Shown here in pieces: positions 1 through 12,550 of a stretch of DNA of 64,000 nucleotides (within the stretch, counting starts at the first letter, position 1; every line of letters begins with the position of its first letter). The translations under genes were made by a program, and so were the position numbers. The stretch is from Felis catus (taxonomy: Eukaryota), in contig NC_058368.1 in assembly GCF_018350175.1 (NCBI RefSeq), positions 165,046,001 through 165,110,000 on the forward strand, read 5' to 3'. The notes below the pieces were generated by a model. That model saw only the letters and a program-made list of their open reading frames with translations. It was not told the origin of the DNA and made no database searches.

Positions 1-54
1 AAGGCCAATATTTGTTCCTGATATTTATGTTTTATATAATAGATGGTATATATT

Positions 55-110
<56 letters not shown>

Positions 111-123
111 TTTTTTTTTTTTT
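55..123. repeat. (TTTC)n/poly-T microsatellite
   Basis: Tandem TTTC units followed by a T run, read directly. Confidence 0.95.
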
Positions 124-260
124 GGCTGGGTAGATGAATTAGGTCAGAAATGTAATAAAGAACATTGATAATGTAATGTATAACCGAGGGGGAGCAGCAA
201 TGGTAAGTTCAGTGACTTTCCTTTTTGTATAACATGATGTGAGTATTGGACAGAAGGTTC

Positions 261-400
261 ATGAAATTGAGCCCTTTTTAGGCTCTGCGTGAATAGCAGG
301 GAGATTCTCCCTGTCTCTATCTGCCCCTCCCCTGCTCATGTTCTTCTTCTCTCCCTCTCTCCCAAAATAAATAAAGAAACTAAAAAAATTTAAAAAAATC
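261..400 (+). mobile_element. CAN-SINE, degenerate 5' end
   Basis: gattctccctgtctctatctgcccctcccctgctcatg, CT-rich tract, aaaataaataaa tail. Confidence 0.8.
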
Positions 401-455
401 AATTGACTGTGAAAATAGTGACGATTTCTGGTCTCTATTCTGCCCCATTGATATA

Positions 456-1047
456 CAATTGATTCTTGTTATCTGTGGTAGTTTTGTTCTATAAAGTCCA
501 CTGTGCTGATGAATACTTAGCAGTTACTCTTAAGGGAGATATAGGGTTAGGTTCTTGTAAACCTCTGGTCACAACATTTTTTCAGTTGATCAATATATAC
601 TATTGTTATACATTTGTTTCTGTTTTAGAACATCTTATTTAATATACTGTTGATTCATCAACATTGAACTCACTGCCAACAGCACTAAAACTCATACCTG
701 AATGATGTTTATCTAATACACTCATTTTCTCCATAAGACACATGGTAGCCTTCTTCAGCTTATAAGCCCTAGATAGTATTTGAACACGATGCTTGGGAAC
801 ATTCTAAACAGCAAAATCACCAACTAAAAAATGTGAATAGCATGGCACTAAATAGACTGCAAAAAAGGACATTTGTTTACACTATGAGTTGAAAGAAGGC
901 AGAGTGTTGCCTAATTGGATGTCAGCTGGGAAAGTGTCAGGGGACTCAAAATGTTACTGCTCTGTGTATGTCTGAGACTGCACAGCATATATTGATTTGG
1001 GGGTTACAAATAATATTAGTCAGGAAGTAAGTTCACAAATAGAGAAT
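456..1047 (+). mobile_element. MER82-like TcMar-Tigger DNA transposon, right terminus missing
   Basis: Starts TA|caattgattcttgttatctgtggtagttttgttctataaagtc and ends gttcacaaatagagaat, matching recalled MER82 ends. Confidence 0.75.
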
Positions 1048-1243
1048 TTTTTCCTAAGCCCAGGCTCTTATGTTCCTGGGGAAAGGAGGGGCAATGCCGG
1101 GCCCTGGCCGGGCCTCAGAAGCTCAGCGGGACCAGGATGCTTCACAACATGAAAGGGTGAGCATCTCTGGGCCACAGAGATACCTGCAGTACATCTGTAC
1201 CCACCCTGATGTGGCCAGCACTTCCCTTTGTCTTCAATGTAAT
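1046..1243 (-). pseudogene. Possible retrocopied mRNA 3' fragment, parent unidentified
   Basis: About 59% GC by hand count over 1053-1230 in AT-rich context; minus strand reads ATC CTG GTC CCG CTG AGC TTC TGA, then a GC-rich UTR-like stretch and a short A run. Confidence 0.3.
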
Positions 1244-1949
1244 GATTTCATCATAAGTTTATACAACTTAATAGCCACTACATTTAAAACTAGTGAACAC
1301 AATTCATGAAAATCAGCATTTAAATAAGCACATTAATGTATAATTCTTTATCTCATATAATTTCTTTTCTAAACTCAGTCTTGCCTTCAATTGAGTAAGA
1401 TCATGACTTCTAGCATTATTTTCCCTGCATGTATCCCATAAAACATAGTATGTTTTTTTTTTATTTATTAAAAAAAATGAATTGCTTATAGGTGTGACAT
1501 GCACAAAGGCCAGATTGGGATTTTATGTTATGAAAGATAATGTAGCTTATTGGTGAAGAAAATGTACTCTATTATAAATATATTATTATCACATTTTTCC
1601 AAAATATGTTTTGATTTAGATAAAACTCAAGCTTGCACAATTTTATTTCCATAATCTCTAGTATTAGAAGATTACTTTGTTAAAACAACTTTGTATATCC
1701 AAAATATATTAGAAATCTTAAAAATTCAGTGTAATTGCATTAAAACCATGGTATCCATAAGGTGGACACAGAAAGTAATATATTAAGTTCATGTACATAC
1801 AAATATCCGTGTTTAATGTAAAATTACAAAACTGAACACTGACAAAAGTTGAATTTATGCATTCTAATATTAAAAATAAAAACAAAAGACTTTGGAATTT
1901 ATAGAAAGAAAGACTTTTATATGCTGCCTCGGTGCTGCCTATTTGCTTC

Positions 1950-2180
1950 TTGTCTGCCACTCATTTGCTACATGACTGTGCAATTTTCACGTAACCTCAC
2001 TGTGCCTCAGTCTTCATCTGTAAAAACAGAAGTAACATAACACCTCATCAAATGTTTTTCTTTGCTTGGTTTTTGTTTGGTCACCTGATTCTTTTTTTTT
2101 TTTTTTTAATGAGGATCAGATGAAGTATAGCACTTAAAACAGTAGATGTCACATTTTTAGGACCATAGAAGTTTATTATT
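1950..2180 (+). mobile_element. MIR remnant
   Basis: aacctcactgtgcctcagtcttcatctgtaaaa resembles the MIR core. Confidence 0.65.
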
Positions 2181-2256
2181 GTAGTTTAGTATGGTAGGAA
2201 TAGTATTATCTAAGATGTATTTTTCTTTTACTGATTTTAAAATCTATTTGCATATA

Positions 2257-2477
2257 TTTTTTAAATTTTTTTAATGTTTATTTATTTCTGAGACAGAGAC
2301 AGAGCATGAGCAGGGGAGCAGCAGAGAGAGAGAGGGAGACACAGAATCAGAAGCAGGCTCCAGGCTCTGAGCTGTCAGCACAGAGCCCAACGCGGGGCTC
2401 GAACTCACAAACCGTGAGATCATGCATGACCTGAGCCAAAGTTGGTCGCTCAACCGACTGAGCCACCCAGGCACCCC
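2257..2477 (-). mobile_element. CAN-SINE (feliform)
   Basis: Full body; target-site duplication ctatttgcat at 2244 and 2478. Confidence 0.95.
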
Positions 2478-2708
2478 CTATTTGCATTTATTAATAGGTC
2501 ATCTACCTGTGTTCTTTGGCCTGTCACATGTCTTTGTGTTTTCATGGCCCAGAAAATTTTACTAGTGTGTTTTCCTATAAGTACATGCATGCATATATAT
2601 TCTCCTAAGTTGAATGTTTGTAATTATTTCTTGTATTTATATGTAAAGCCATAACTTCACACACCTGACTCCTGTATTGCTTTTTGCAGTATTTATTGAA
2701 TCCTTTCT

Positions 2709-2939
2709 CTTTTTTTAATTAAATGTTTATTTATTTTAAGAGAGAGTGAGCACAAGCGGGCGAGGGGCAGAGAGAGAGAGAGAGGGAGACAGAGGGGGAA
2801 AGAGAGAAAGAATCTCAAGCTGGATCTGCACTGTCAGTGCAGAGCCTGATGTGAGGCTGGAACTCACTCACTGTGAGATCATGACCCAAGCTGAAATCGA
2901 GAGTCTGACACTTAACCGGCTGAGCCACCCCGGTGCCCC
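2709..2939 (-). mobile_element. CAN-SINE
   Basis: Full body; TSD tgaatcctttct on both sides. Confidence 0.95.
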
Positions 2940-3199
2940 TGAATCCTTTCTAATGACAAAAATGAAAGCTACTGTCCCTCACCTTTCCTCTCCATCTGCC
3001 CCTCCATGCTTTTTAAGATGATATTACTTTAATATTTAATTATTTTATTATTAAGTCTATTTAAAATCCCTTTATTTCATGTATCCATTTATCTATAACC
3101 CTCATCTGTAAGATGTAAACAGTTTACTAATTTATATTTCCCCTTCCTCTTCTAACTTAGCTAGATAAGAAATTATAACCTGCATTAAGCCTTAATTTT

Positions 3200-4800
3200 T
3201 GAATAAAATACAAACCATGTCTACCTCAAATTATTTGAAAGTTATAAAAATGATGATTTAAATTCTTTGAGATGAGCTCATAGTAACAACTATTTCTGAA
3301 TTCTAGTATTTTCACAAAGACTTGTTGATACTATATTAGAACTAAAGATAACTGGGCATACAGTACTTGGCATATGCTTTCTTTTTTGGATATTTACTTG
3401 GAATTGCTCCACTATATTGTATCATTGAATGTTGCTCTAACATAAGCCATCTTGTTCTTTTACTCTTATGTAACGTGATTTTCTTGTCTTTTTAACCAAA
3501 CAAGCAGAATTCTTTGAAAATAAGTAACTTTGTGCGTATGTATGCTAGTACTGACCATCTGAGCTTAATTTACTCAGGCCATAGTATGCCTTTTCAATCT
3601 GTGAATCTAAATCATCTTTTCCTTTTGGAAATATTTCCAGTTGGAATTACATTGGAATTACAAAAAAATATTGGAATTACATTCATTAACTTCTGCTCAA
3701 TTAGTTTAGCTTCTTTTGACAAACCAATGATGTGCATTTTGGAATTTTGACTCTATTCAGTAGAGAGGGAGAAAGAGAATCCCAAACAGGCTCCACACTC
3801 AGCACAGATCCTGATGAGGGGCTCCATCTCATGAACCGTGAGATAATGACCTGAGCCAAAATCCATCGCTCAACACTTAACCAACTGAGCCACCGAGGCA
3901 CCCTAGTCTAATACTTTTGACCTCATGCATTTCTATTTCATTTTGCTCTCTTCTTTTCTGTTGTCTATCATCTAAATCTCTTACTTCATTTTCAGCCATT
4001 TGATTTTATCCAGGAACTTCAAATATACCTGCATTTCTAAAACAGTATTATTTTTTTCCTTTCCTTTTTTCCTGAACTTTCTGAGTCCTATATCTTTGCT
4101 TGATGGCCTTTTTATAAATTATATTGCTTCAAATCTTATTTTATCTTCACATTAATATAAGTGATCACAAGTTCTGTTTGTTTAATCAAATCACTTTTTC
4201 TTATGAAAATATTCATTTTCCATGCATTTCTCGTCTGTTTCCCCCCCACCCCAATTTTTGGTAAATATCCTGTGCTGGTTCCTTTTTGGTTGCTCATCTG
4301 AATCAGGTGAACCTTTTCCAAGAGGGATCCATTTGTATCCAATCCATAAGGGCAAGACCATATCCTCATTCCCAGGGAGACCATGTGTTTTTTGTTTGTT
4401 TGTTTTTGTTAACTATTTACTACTCCCCTCCATAGATAGAGGCAGATGTACAACAGTATTCATGATTCAAGTCTCACCTCATCACTCACACTACTCTTCT
4501 AGACACCTGGTTGTTTTGATTAATGTAAACGTGGTCTGAGTAATTTCCTCATTCAATTCCTCCATGCCTATTTTTTCAGTTCTAGGGAATTTGCCAATGT
4601 TGCAAATAAATGTTTTGGTCATCCTTCATCTTACCTTGTCAGATATTTCTGGGAACTTCAAATAAAATCAAAATCTCTCCTTTTCTACTGAAATCACAGA
4701 TTTGAGGAAACTTTCCATCTATGTGGTTATTTGTTTACTTGTTATTTCTTTGCAAATGGGGTTATTTTGTTCTCCTTTTTTTAGGCTTGTTCCCAAGACA
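3200..4800 (-). mobile_element. Highly decayed L1-like remnant, interrupted by a SINE
   Basis: T-rich strand with antisense-L1-like composition and motifs; no clean translated motif found. Confidence 0.35.
3752..3903 (-). mobile_element. CAN-SINE, partial
   Basis: gagaatcccaaacaggctcc...ccaactgagccaccgaggcaccc. Confidence 0.9.
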
Positions 4801-4849
4801 AGTAGAAGGAAATGCTAGGTGTATGTTTCCAACGTTGTGCCAGTTATTA

Positions 4850-5460
4850 AGCTAGTGTCTTTAAGCCCCAAATTCATTCATCTACACTCTGTTTTGTGAT
4901 GTTGTGTTGTTGCTGTAACTCTAATCTAATTTTCTTTGAATTAGCTGGCTTCCTATTAGATTCTTCCAATGAGGGATACTGGAGGTTGACTTACAGTCAG
5001 AAGTGGAGTGAAGAGACTTACTTCTTCCTGTTTCCTTGTTTCCATTTGGCTTTGCTTTCATCAACAGGACTTCATTCTCAGAAAAAGCAGTTGGTTTTAA
5101 TCTTCAGCCACCTGCACCAGCTTAATGGCAGTCTCTTCCTAGAGGCCTAAATCTCTAGCTTTGTCATTATTCTTGTCTCAGTTCCTGGGGTGCTGGATGT
5201 AACTGGTCACTGGCCTCTTCTTACAGACCTGAGTAAGCTCCCAGGTGCTCATCCCCCATGTCTCTTAAGTTTGGATTATCCCCAAACCTTGTTCATCTAA
5301 CCACATGGGTTTTAGCTGCTTCCAGAATTTGTGATTGCTATGTTATAGTAATGTTCCTATTTGCTTTTTCTGGTCTTATAATCAATACTCTTCAACCAAT
5401 CATCTAAATTAAGCTCCCTGTTTAAATACCTCACATAGTTTCTATTTTCCTGAGAAGAAT
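4850..5460 (+). mobile_element. LTR33/LTR16-like ERVL solo LTR
   Basis: ctggcttcctattagattcttccaatgaggg near the 5' end and ccctgtttaaatacctcacatagtttctattttcctga at the 3' end resemble recalled LTR33. Confidence 0.6.
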
Positions 5461-5461
5461 T

Positions 5462-5570
5462 TAATTGCTCTCCAAAGAACAAAAGAGTAAAAATGCAATA
5501 ATAATGTTATTCTTGTTATATATGTTAAACAGTTTGGGTTTCTGGTTTTTTTTTTATTCTGATATAAGTT
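5462..5570 (+). repeat. Local duplication A, copy 1
   Basis: Begins with the 23-mer taattgctctccaaagaacaaaa, identical at 7764; similarity continues about 105 bp. Confidence 0.9.
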
Positions 5571-5689
5571 AACGCAACCTTTAAAACATGTCTTTCCTTG
5601 GTTTAAGAAGCAGAATAGACAGTTATTCCCATTAACTGTCCATAGTGGATAACCATAAAAGTAAATGCAAGAAATTCTTGGTTCCTATA

Positions 5690-5781
5690 TCACCTAGAGA
5701 CCTTTATAAATTTGTGGAACCCAGAAATGAAACCAGTTCCATAAAGGTTTTTCTTCTTTTGTGCAGGCTGGAAGACCCCAC
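5690..5781 (-). CDS. Candidate terminal coding exon of hypothetical 136-aa ORF (GGVFQPAQKKKNLYGTGFISGFHKFIKVSR*)
   Basis: Acceptor CTTACTGTTAATTTCAG|GT; TGA at 5692-5690; minus-strand AATAAA at 5558-5553. Confidence 0.2.
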
Positions 5782-7070
5782 CTGAAATTAACAGTAAGCC
5801 ACAAGAGTCTGTTCTGGCAATGTCATCCATAATACTATCTCACATGTCACCCATAATGATACCTCCCTTTGGTCAACACTGAATTAGAAGGAGGATAATA
5901 TGTCCAGTGGAAGTTTGTTTTTTTTTTTTTTTTTCTATGTTATCAGGTTATGTCTTCAAAGGGAGAAGCTATAGCTCTAAATTGCTAAGACTAAAATGAT
6001 ACTGTTCTGCCCTTTTCCTGGAATCTGAGTGTTGCCAACACTATTTCCTTGTTCTCAATTTCTATCCCAGGCTTGTACTTTTTCTTGGGCTATCTCCAGT
6101 TCTGCCTTAAAATTTTAGGTATGACACATCATAACTCTTCATGATAATTAAAAAAATCTTACTCTGAATTTTAACAATTTGTACAAAAATATGTAAACAA
6201 ATTACCAACCTTGCATTTACCTAATAAGACTTTACTTTAAAGACTTTGTTTACTGAACACCTGTGTGCCAGCTGCTATTCTCTGTGCTGGAGATAAGACA
6301 TGAACAAAACAAAACAAAATCCACAATCTCATGAATTACCATAACAGTAATGGAGTGAAATGCTTCAAAATTAAGTCAATTACCATGCATGTGATGTTCC
6401 ACTAAAAATGAGAATCAGTGAGCTAACTAATCTGATGACTACCTAATTTTTGATGTCTCCATTCAGTGAAGTAGATTCACAATCTACTGGATAGTTTAGG
6501 ATAATATATACTCAAATGTTGAATTTATGTAGACAAGTTGTATTTTTATTTCCCCAAATAGAAGCTCTTACATGGAAATAGCTGATTGGTATATTTAGTA
6601 AGATTAAAACCTTTACTCAAGATTTTGTTCAAAGCTAAAAGTAAAATACACCATGATTTTAATATAGGCAGAGCCACTTCTAACGGGTCATTTCTGACAC
6701 CAGAAACAAGAGAAGATACATGTTTAAAGTCCAGCTGCAAAATCATGGTTTTTGAGGTAGTAAATAGAAAAGAAATCCTGATGCCACAGAAATGATTTCT
6801 GAATTAAATTGATAAGAAATGGTATAAAATCAATACATTTAGTGAAAAGCAACTATAAACTAGAATTTTTAAGTCTCCATGGCAAAATAAAACAAATGGT
6901 TTTTTTAAAGAATTTTCAGTATGTTTCAATTATAATTTTTATATAAGGTGATTTATTTTAGAGTATCTTTAAATATTATTGATTCTAATGCATTTAAACT
7001 TTGAATAATATTTAGAGTATGCCATCTTCTCGTCTCAGCTGCTCACTGCGAATGCTGTCTGAGAACTCAC

Positions 7071-7232
7071 CATGACTTGGCAGTTGCCCACTGACCGCAA
7101 GTTCAGATTTATGACGAGGCAACAATCCAGCTCTGTTTGTTTGCCTTTGGTTCAGCAGTCTGTTCCTGTGGTGATTTCCACATGGCATACATGCAAGAAG
7201 GTCACAATCATCTTGGTCCAGGGATTTGGAAT
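7071..7232 (-). CDS. Candidate internal exon, 162 nt, phase 1-1 (SKSLDQDDCDLLACMPCGNHHRNRLL...GQLPSH)
   Basis: Acceptor TTTTTTCTAATAAGTAATTTAG; donor ATG|GTGAGT; only one open frame; unique sequence. Confidence 0.3.
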
Positions 7233-7763
7233 CTAAATTACTTATTAGAAAAAACAAATCCATGGTCTTTAGAGGAATATGAAACATAGCATTTTTTTGG
7301 AAAGTGCTGTCTTAAAACATTCAGAATCTTACTCTGAGGCAAACAAAATGCATCAATCACCGTGATGACTATGGACAAAGACTACAACCTTTCCTCTAGG
7401 TGTCATTGCTATGGGCATACAATAAAATCTAGCTTCTCACAAAGACACTCTACTTTAAAAATATTTTAAAGTAAGGAAATAACGAAGATTACAGGCAACT
7501 GAAATTAGTTACATTATTAGAAGGAAGTAAGGAAAAACTTGTTCATGTGTCTCCATTTTATATATACAATAAATATTCAGTGTATATATACTGAAACTTG
7601 AATGCATTCGATGTAAAGAGTGGGGGCAGTTGTAGATGACTTGAGACAGGAAGCTCATCTATAGCATCTGAACCATCTGCCAGCCGTTCAGTGTCTCTGG
7701 GTTGCCAGTTGTATCTGGGACCTGCCAAGGAGCCAGATGCTCTCGTGGCTTTCTATCCTATAG

Positions 7764-7870
7764 TAATTGCTCTCCAAAGAACAAAAAAGGAAAAATGCAA
7801 GAATAATGTTATTTTTTGTCATGTATGCTAAATATTTTTGGTTTCTGTTTTTTATTCTGATATAGGTGAA
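7764..7870 (+). repeat. Local duplication A, copy 2
   Basis: Colinear with 5462-5570. Confidence 0.9.
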
Positions 7871-8507
7871 AATAAATACTTGAAAACAAAATACTTTTCT
7901 AGAAATGAAACTTGTGTATTTGAAAATTGAATCTTTTACGTTTCCTTCAACCATTAGGAGTAAATAGGTCAAGAAAAATGGCCTCAGATCCCAATACATT
8001 CTGTATGTCTACATTCTTGAAAGACCGTAAGGGTGGTTGAGGAGAGGCTAAATGTTATCAGAGGAAGAGGATAATAGCACCATATATTCAGCATTAACTT
8101 CATAAATATTTGTTTCTTTTTGAATGAATAAATTGTATTAAGAGATGACAAACACAATTAGAAGTATTATCTCTACCATAGAAAGGAACCCTGAATAGAA
8201 GCTGGGACCTTGATTTTTTTCCAGGATATAAAGATGTTTAAGTTAGTTGGTGTGGAAGCGAGCAACAAGGAGAAAATTAGGACCAGGTGGAACATCCTAG
8301 CAGGACCTATGTGTCATGTTAAAGAGGCATTTTGTCACTACTGACCAGCTGATTCATTCCATTTTCTGAAGCACTTCATCTAAAATCTGGCTCTCTGAAG
8401 GATATTTTGGTTTCTTACTAACTGTAATATCTGCTACCTAGTTTCCTCCAAGCCAGCTTAATTTAAGTAGGTGAAAACATCCTTTCTTTGCTCTACAAAC
8501 AATAAAT

Positions 8508-8630
<123 letters not shown>

Positions 8631-8668
8631 TACTCCTTCGTCAGCCTAGTCTGGAATTTAGTAAGTGT

Positions 8669-9020
8669 CCATAAATATCGGATGTTCCTATTAATTTGTA
8701 TGTAAGTAGTAGTCTAGCATTTCAAAAGGGTACACATATAATTCAGTCTAAAAAGCCTGGTTTCCAATTCTGGTCATGAAGTGAAGTTTCATTAAAAATC
8801 TCTGATCTTCATTTTCTCTTATCAATAAAACATAGGTGTTAACAATTCTTGTATAAGATTAATCAAAGATTAAATTTAAAAATATATTTTAAAAATATTT
8901 TAGAAACAAAATGTAGTTTATTAATCCTACTTATAGCAGTATACTTATAACAAATGAAAAGGGCACAGCTTCTCTTGGACTCACTTTCCTCATCTATAAA
9001 GCACATTTGAAAAATCCCCA
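8669..9020 (+). repeat. Local duplication B, copy 1 (contains MIR-like pieces)
   Basis: Colinear with 9759-10530; the 29-mer taagattaatcaaagattaaatttaaaaa occurs at 8854 and 10128. Confidence 0.92.
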
Positions 9021-9411
9021 CTTCTTACCTTAGTTTTAGCCCTGTATCATTCCACTTTCAGGAAGAAGTTAGTGAGACGTTTTGAAAGAAGTGTTATGAA
9101 TGTGGGACTGAATTGATAATGGACTATATAAGAAAGATAGGTCTTTAGCACTGCCAAAGGGAGAAGGTGGGCATCCACAAAGCATAATCTAATGTGAGTT
9201 TCTTGCCAATGTTTCAATGGATTGCCGAGTATAGATTAAAGAGAGTTGCAAAACGGTAGAGGGTACAGCCTGAGGACATAGCACCTCTGTTAATGCATAA
9301 CACACTGATGCTTATATTTTGATATTGTTGCCTCCTTTTACTCAAATTGTAGTTGAAGTGCTAAGAAAAATGTTGTTTACAGTTGAGCACTTTAGTTATT
9401 TTTTCTCCTTA

Positions 9412-9632
9412 TTTATTTAAAACTTTTTTTAAGTTTATTTGTTTTTGAGAGACAGAGACAGAGCATGAGCAGGGGAGGGGCAGAGAGAGAGAGGGGGACA
9501 CAGAAGCCGAAGCAGGCTCCAGGCTCTGAGCTGTGAGCACAGAGTCCAACAATGAGCTTGAACTCATGAACCACTAGATCATGACCTAAGCCAAAGTCGG
9601 ATGCTTAACCGACTGAGCCACCCAGGTGCCCC
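9412..9632 (-). mobile_element. CAN-SINE
   Basis: Full body; TSD tctccttatt. Confidence 0.95.
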
Positions 9633-9789
9633 TCTCCTTATTCATTACTGGACTGATATGGTGTATTCTAAGAGTGATGTACAAATACAGGAAGAAAAAG
9701 AAGAGTTTCCAGTGAACACTGTGAATACTTAGTGCAGTGCCCAGAATGTGGTACGTGCCCATAAATATTAGATATTATTATTAATTGGG

Positions 9790-9956
9790 GATTTTTAAAT
9801 TTATTTGAAAGAGAGAGAGAGAGCAAGCAAGAGCACATGTGCATGAGTGGGGAGGGATAGAGAGAGACAGCTGTCAGTGCATGTTGATCCCATGAACCGT
9901 GAGATCATGCCTGAGCTGAAATCAAGAGCCTGACACTTAACCGACCCAGGTGCTCT
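9790..9956 (-). mobile_element. CAN-SINE, internally deleted
   Basis: (GA)n tract followed by catgaaccgtgagatcatg...cttaaccgacccaggtgc. Confidence 0.85.
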
Positions 9957-10208
9957 AAGATATTCTTACTAATTTGTATGTAAGTGAGAAACATGATAGC
10001 ATTTCAGAAGGGCATATAATCCAGTATAAAATACCTGTTTTCTAATTCTTGTCATGGAAGTTTCATTAAAAATCTCTGAACCTCATTTCTTCCTATAAAG
10101 AAAATATAGGTAATAACAATTCTTATGTAAGATTAATCAAAGATTAAATTTAAAAACATATTTTAAAATATTTTAGAAACAAAACACAGTTCATAAAGCC
10201 TACTTATT

Positions 10209-10447
10209 AGGAGTGCCTGGGTAGCTCAGTTGGGTGAGGGTCCGGCTTCAGCTCAGGTCATGATCTCACTACTCTAGAGTTCGAGCCCCACATCGTGCTC
10301 TCTGCTGACAGCTTAGAGCCTGGAGCCTGCTTCAGATTTTGTGTATCCCTCTCTCTCTCTCCTCCTCCCCTGCTCATGCTCTGTCTCTCTCTCTCTCTCT
10401 CTCAAAATTAAATAACCATTAATATTTTTTTTAAATAAATAAAAATA
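10209..10447 (+). mobile_element. CAN-SINE
   Basis: Full body; TSD agcctactt. Confidence 0.95.
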
Positions 10448-10719
10448 GAGCCTACTTGTAACCAACGAAAAGGGCACAGCTTCCCCTGGACTCACTTTCC
10501 TCATCTGCAAAGCAGATTTGAAAAATTCCTAACTCTGTGACTTATACTTTATATTATGTCAAAATAGTGTGCTTTTCTTTTTCTCAGTTATAAAAAGTCA
10601 CCAATTTCTGAAAAATATAAATAATATAGGAACACATAATAAAAAAATAAAAAATCATGTTTATCTCATCCAAGACTAAACATTGTTCCATTTTAGTAAG
10701 AATATTTCTGGGATTCTCT

Positions 10720-11790
10720 CCCTGTGCCTATTAGATTGAATTACTGTTCCCAAGTATTATCCTACCCTCCTGCCTATTTAAGTCAAGTTGCCATGTCATC
10801 TGTGTTCCTCCTGTGGCAAAGTATACATCCTTGCTCATTGACTTTGTCTTGGTTCCTGTGACTTACTTTGGCTCATGTCATGGAAGGTACATGATATTCA
10901 CCTTGTCTGAGCAAAAGCTATTGAAACATTGTGTGTTTTTTCCTGCTGTCCTTCTTTTTCTCTCTTCAACTAGAAAGAAATGTTTCATATTGGGGCTGCT
11001 CCTTCAGTGAGGTCCCTGAATTCTGGAATGAGAAAAAAAATGGAAGAGAGCTTGTGCTATGGAAAATTCTAAGATGGTCCCCATGACCTCCTGATGTTGT
11101 TCTCATGATTATATTCTGGTACAAGCCAAAACGGATTTTGAGGATGTAATTGAGGTTTCTAATCAGTTGACTTTAAAACAGGGAGGTTATCCAGTTGGGG
11201 TTAACTAATCATGTAAGCCCTTTCACAGCAGAGTTTTTCTGACACAGTAGAAGAAGAAATCTGAGATATTGAAAGCATGAGAGAAACTCAATATAAGGAA
11301 GATTCACTATCATTGAGGCGAAAGAGGCAGCAGGGCAAGGACCTAAGAGCAGCCTCTAGTTGGTGAGTGGTCCCTGACACTTTGAAAGAAAAAGGCTGAC
11401 AGCTTGCAAAAAAAAAAGAGGGCTTCATATCTACGACTTTGAGCCACTGAATTATATGAAAAATGAATGAAGTTGGAGGAAGATTATTTACTTCAATTTA
11501 CAGATGAAAACTCCAACTGGCAAAGACTTGACTTGGGCCTTGGGAGCCCATAAGCAGAGAACCCAATTGGGTTCCCTTGGACTTCGGACTCCAGAGAACT
11601 GTGAGATGATAAATGAGTTGATTAAGACACTACAGTGGTGTTAATTTGTTACGCAGCCACAGAAATGTAATAGAGCTACAGCACCCAGCCCACAGCAGCT
11701 GCCACATAATATAAACGAGAAACAAATATTGTAATAAACCACTGGAATTGGAGGGTGATTTTGTTATTACAAAGCTGTAATTAAATACAC
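10720..11790 (+). mobile_element. Nested MaLR LTRs: MLT1E/F-like (~11055-11672) inside an older MLT1H/I-like LTR
   Basis: Inner element aattctaagatggtcccca...taatttgttacgcagcc; outer element resumes at ~11675 and ends ...gttattacaaagctgtaattaaataca. Confidence 0.7.
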
Positions 11791-12300
11791 TGTGTCTTCA
11801 CACACATATTCTCTGTGTGTGTGTCACACACAGTATTTTCATGCCATTATACACATCGTATTGAAAATTCTTCTTTGTAACTTACTCATCCATTGCATAA
11901 TTCAGTGTAGAAATTTTTCCTACAATATTGCTTGTAATGGTTATGTAATTTCCCATTGTTTAGATGTACAACATATTATTTCCTGTAAATCAGCACTACT
12001 TCTTTAAACAAACCCTATTTCGGAAACTTTTAGGTTATACAATTATTCATGATTCAAAAAAGAAAACTCCCAACAACATCCTTTTGTATGAATATTTTCA
12101 CAGTGTGCTCTCCTGAAGTATCTTACTAATTTGTAGCTTTTATTATTTTATTTTAATAATTTACATTCTTTCTTGTTTATAGTTGTTACTATGTCCCCAA
12201 TTTTTACCGCTGAGATATCTGTGTACTTATACACATACAGATATAGAAGGTGTATACATATACATATACACACATATGCATGCTTTAATACAGTTTTAAA

Positions 12301-12310
12301 ATTATTTATT

Positions 12311-12361
<51 letters not shown>

Positions 12362-12523
12362 ATAGGAGGAGCAGAGAGAGAGGGAGAGAGAGAGAATCCC
12401 AAGCAGACTCCACCCTGTCAATGCATGACCCGATGCGGGGCTTGACTTCGCGAACTGTGACATCATGACCTGAGCCGAAACCAAGAGTCAGTTGCTTAAT
12501 CCACTGAGCCACCTGGGTACCCC
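12301..12523 (-). mobile_element. CAN-SINE with long (GA)n
   Basis: Full body; TSD cagttttaaa. Confidence 0.95.
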
Positions 12524-12550
12524 ATGCAGTTTTAAAGGTTATGAAGCCAT

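Larger units (their letters stand above)
9759..10530 (+). repeat. Local duplication B, copy 2, interrupted by two CAN-SINEs
   Basis: Colinear with 8669-9020 once the SINEs at ~9790-9956 and ~10209-10447 are removed. Confidence 0.92.

Noticed and set aside
1313..1504. Protein-like read RENNARSHDLTQLKARLSLEKKLYEIK as a terminal exon
   Set aside because: Acceptor lacks a polypyrimidine tract and no homology was recognised
3641..3684. TTGGAATTACA repeated three times, as a possible CRISPR-like array
   Set aside because: Short slippage duplication in eukaryotic DNA with no regular spacers; no CRISPR array was seen anywhere in the window
7012..7287. 91-aa ORF as a single-exon gene
   Set aside because: Its 5' part is a polypyrimidine/acceptor tract and it contains a GTGAGT donor, so it is better read as a possible internal exon
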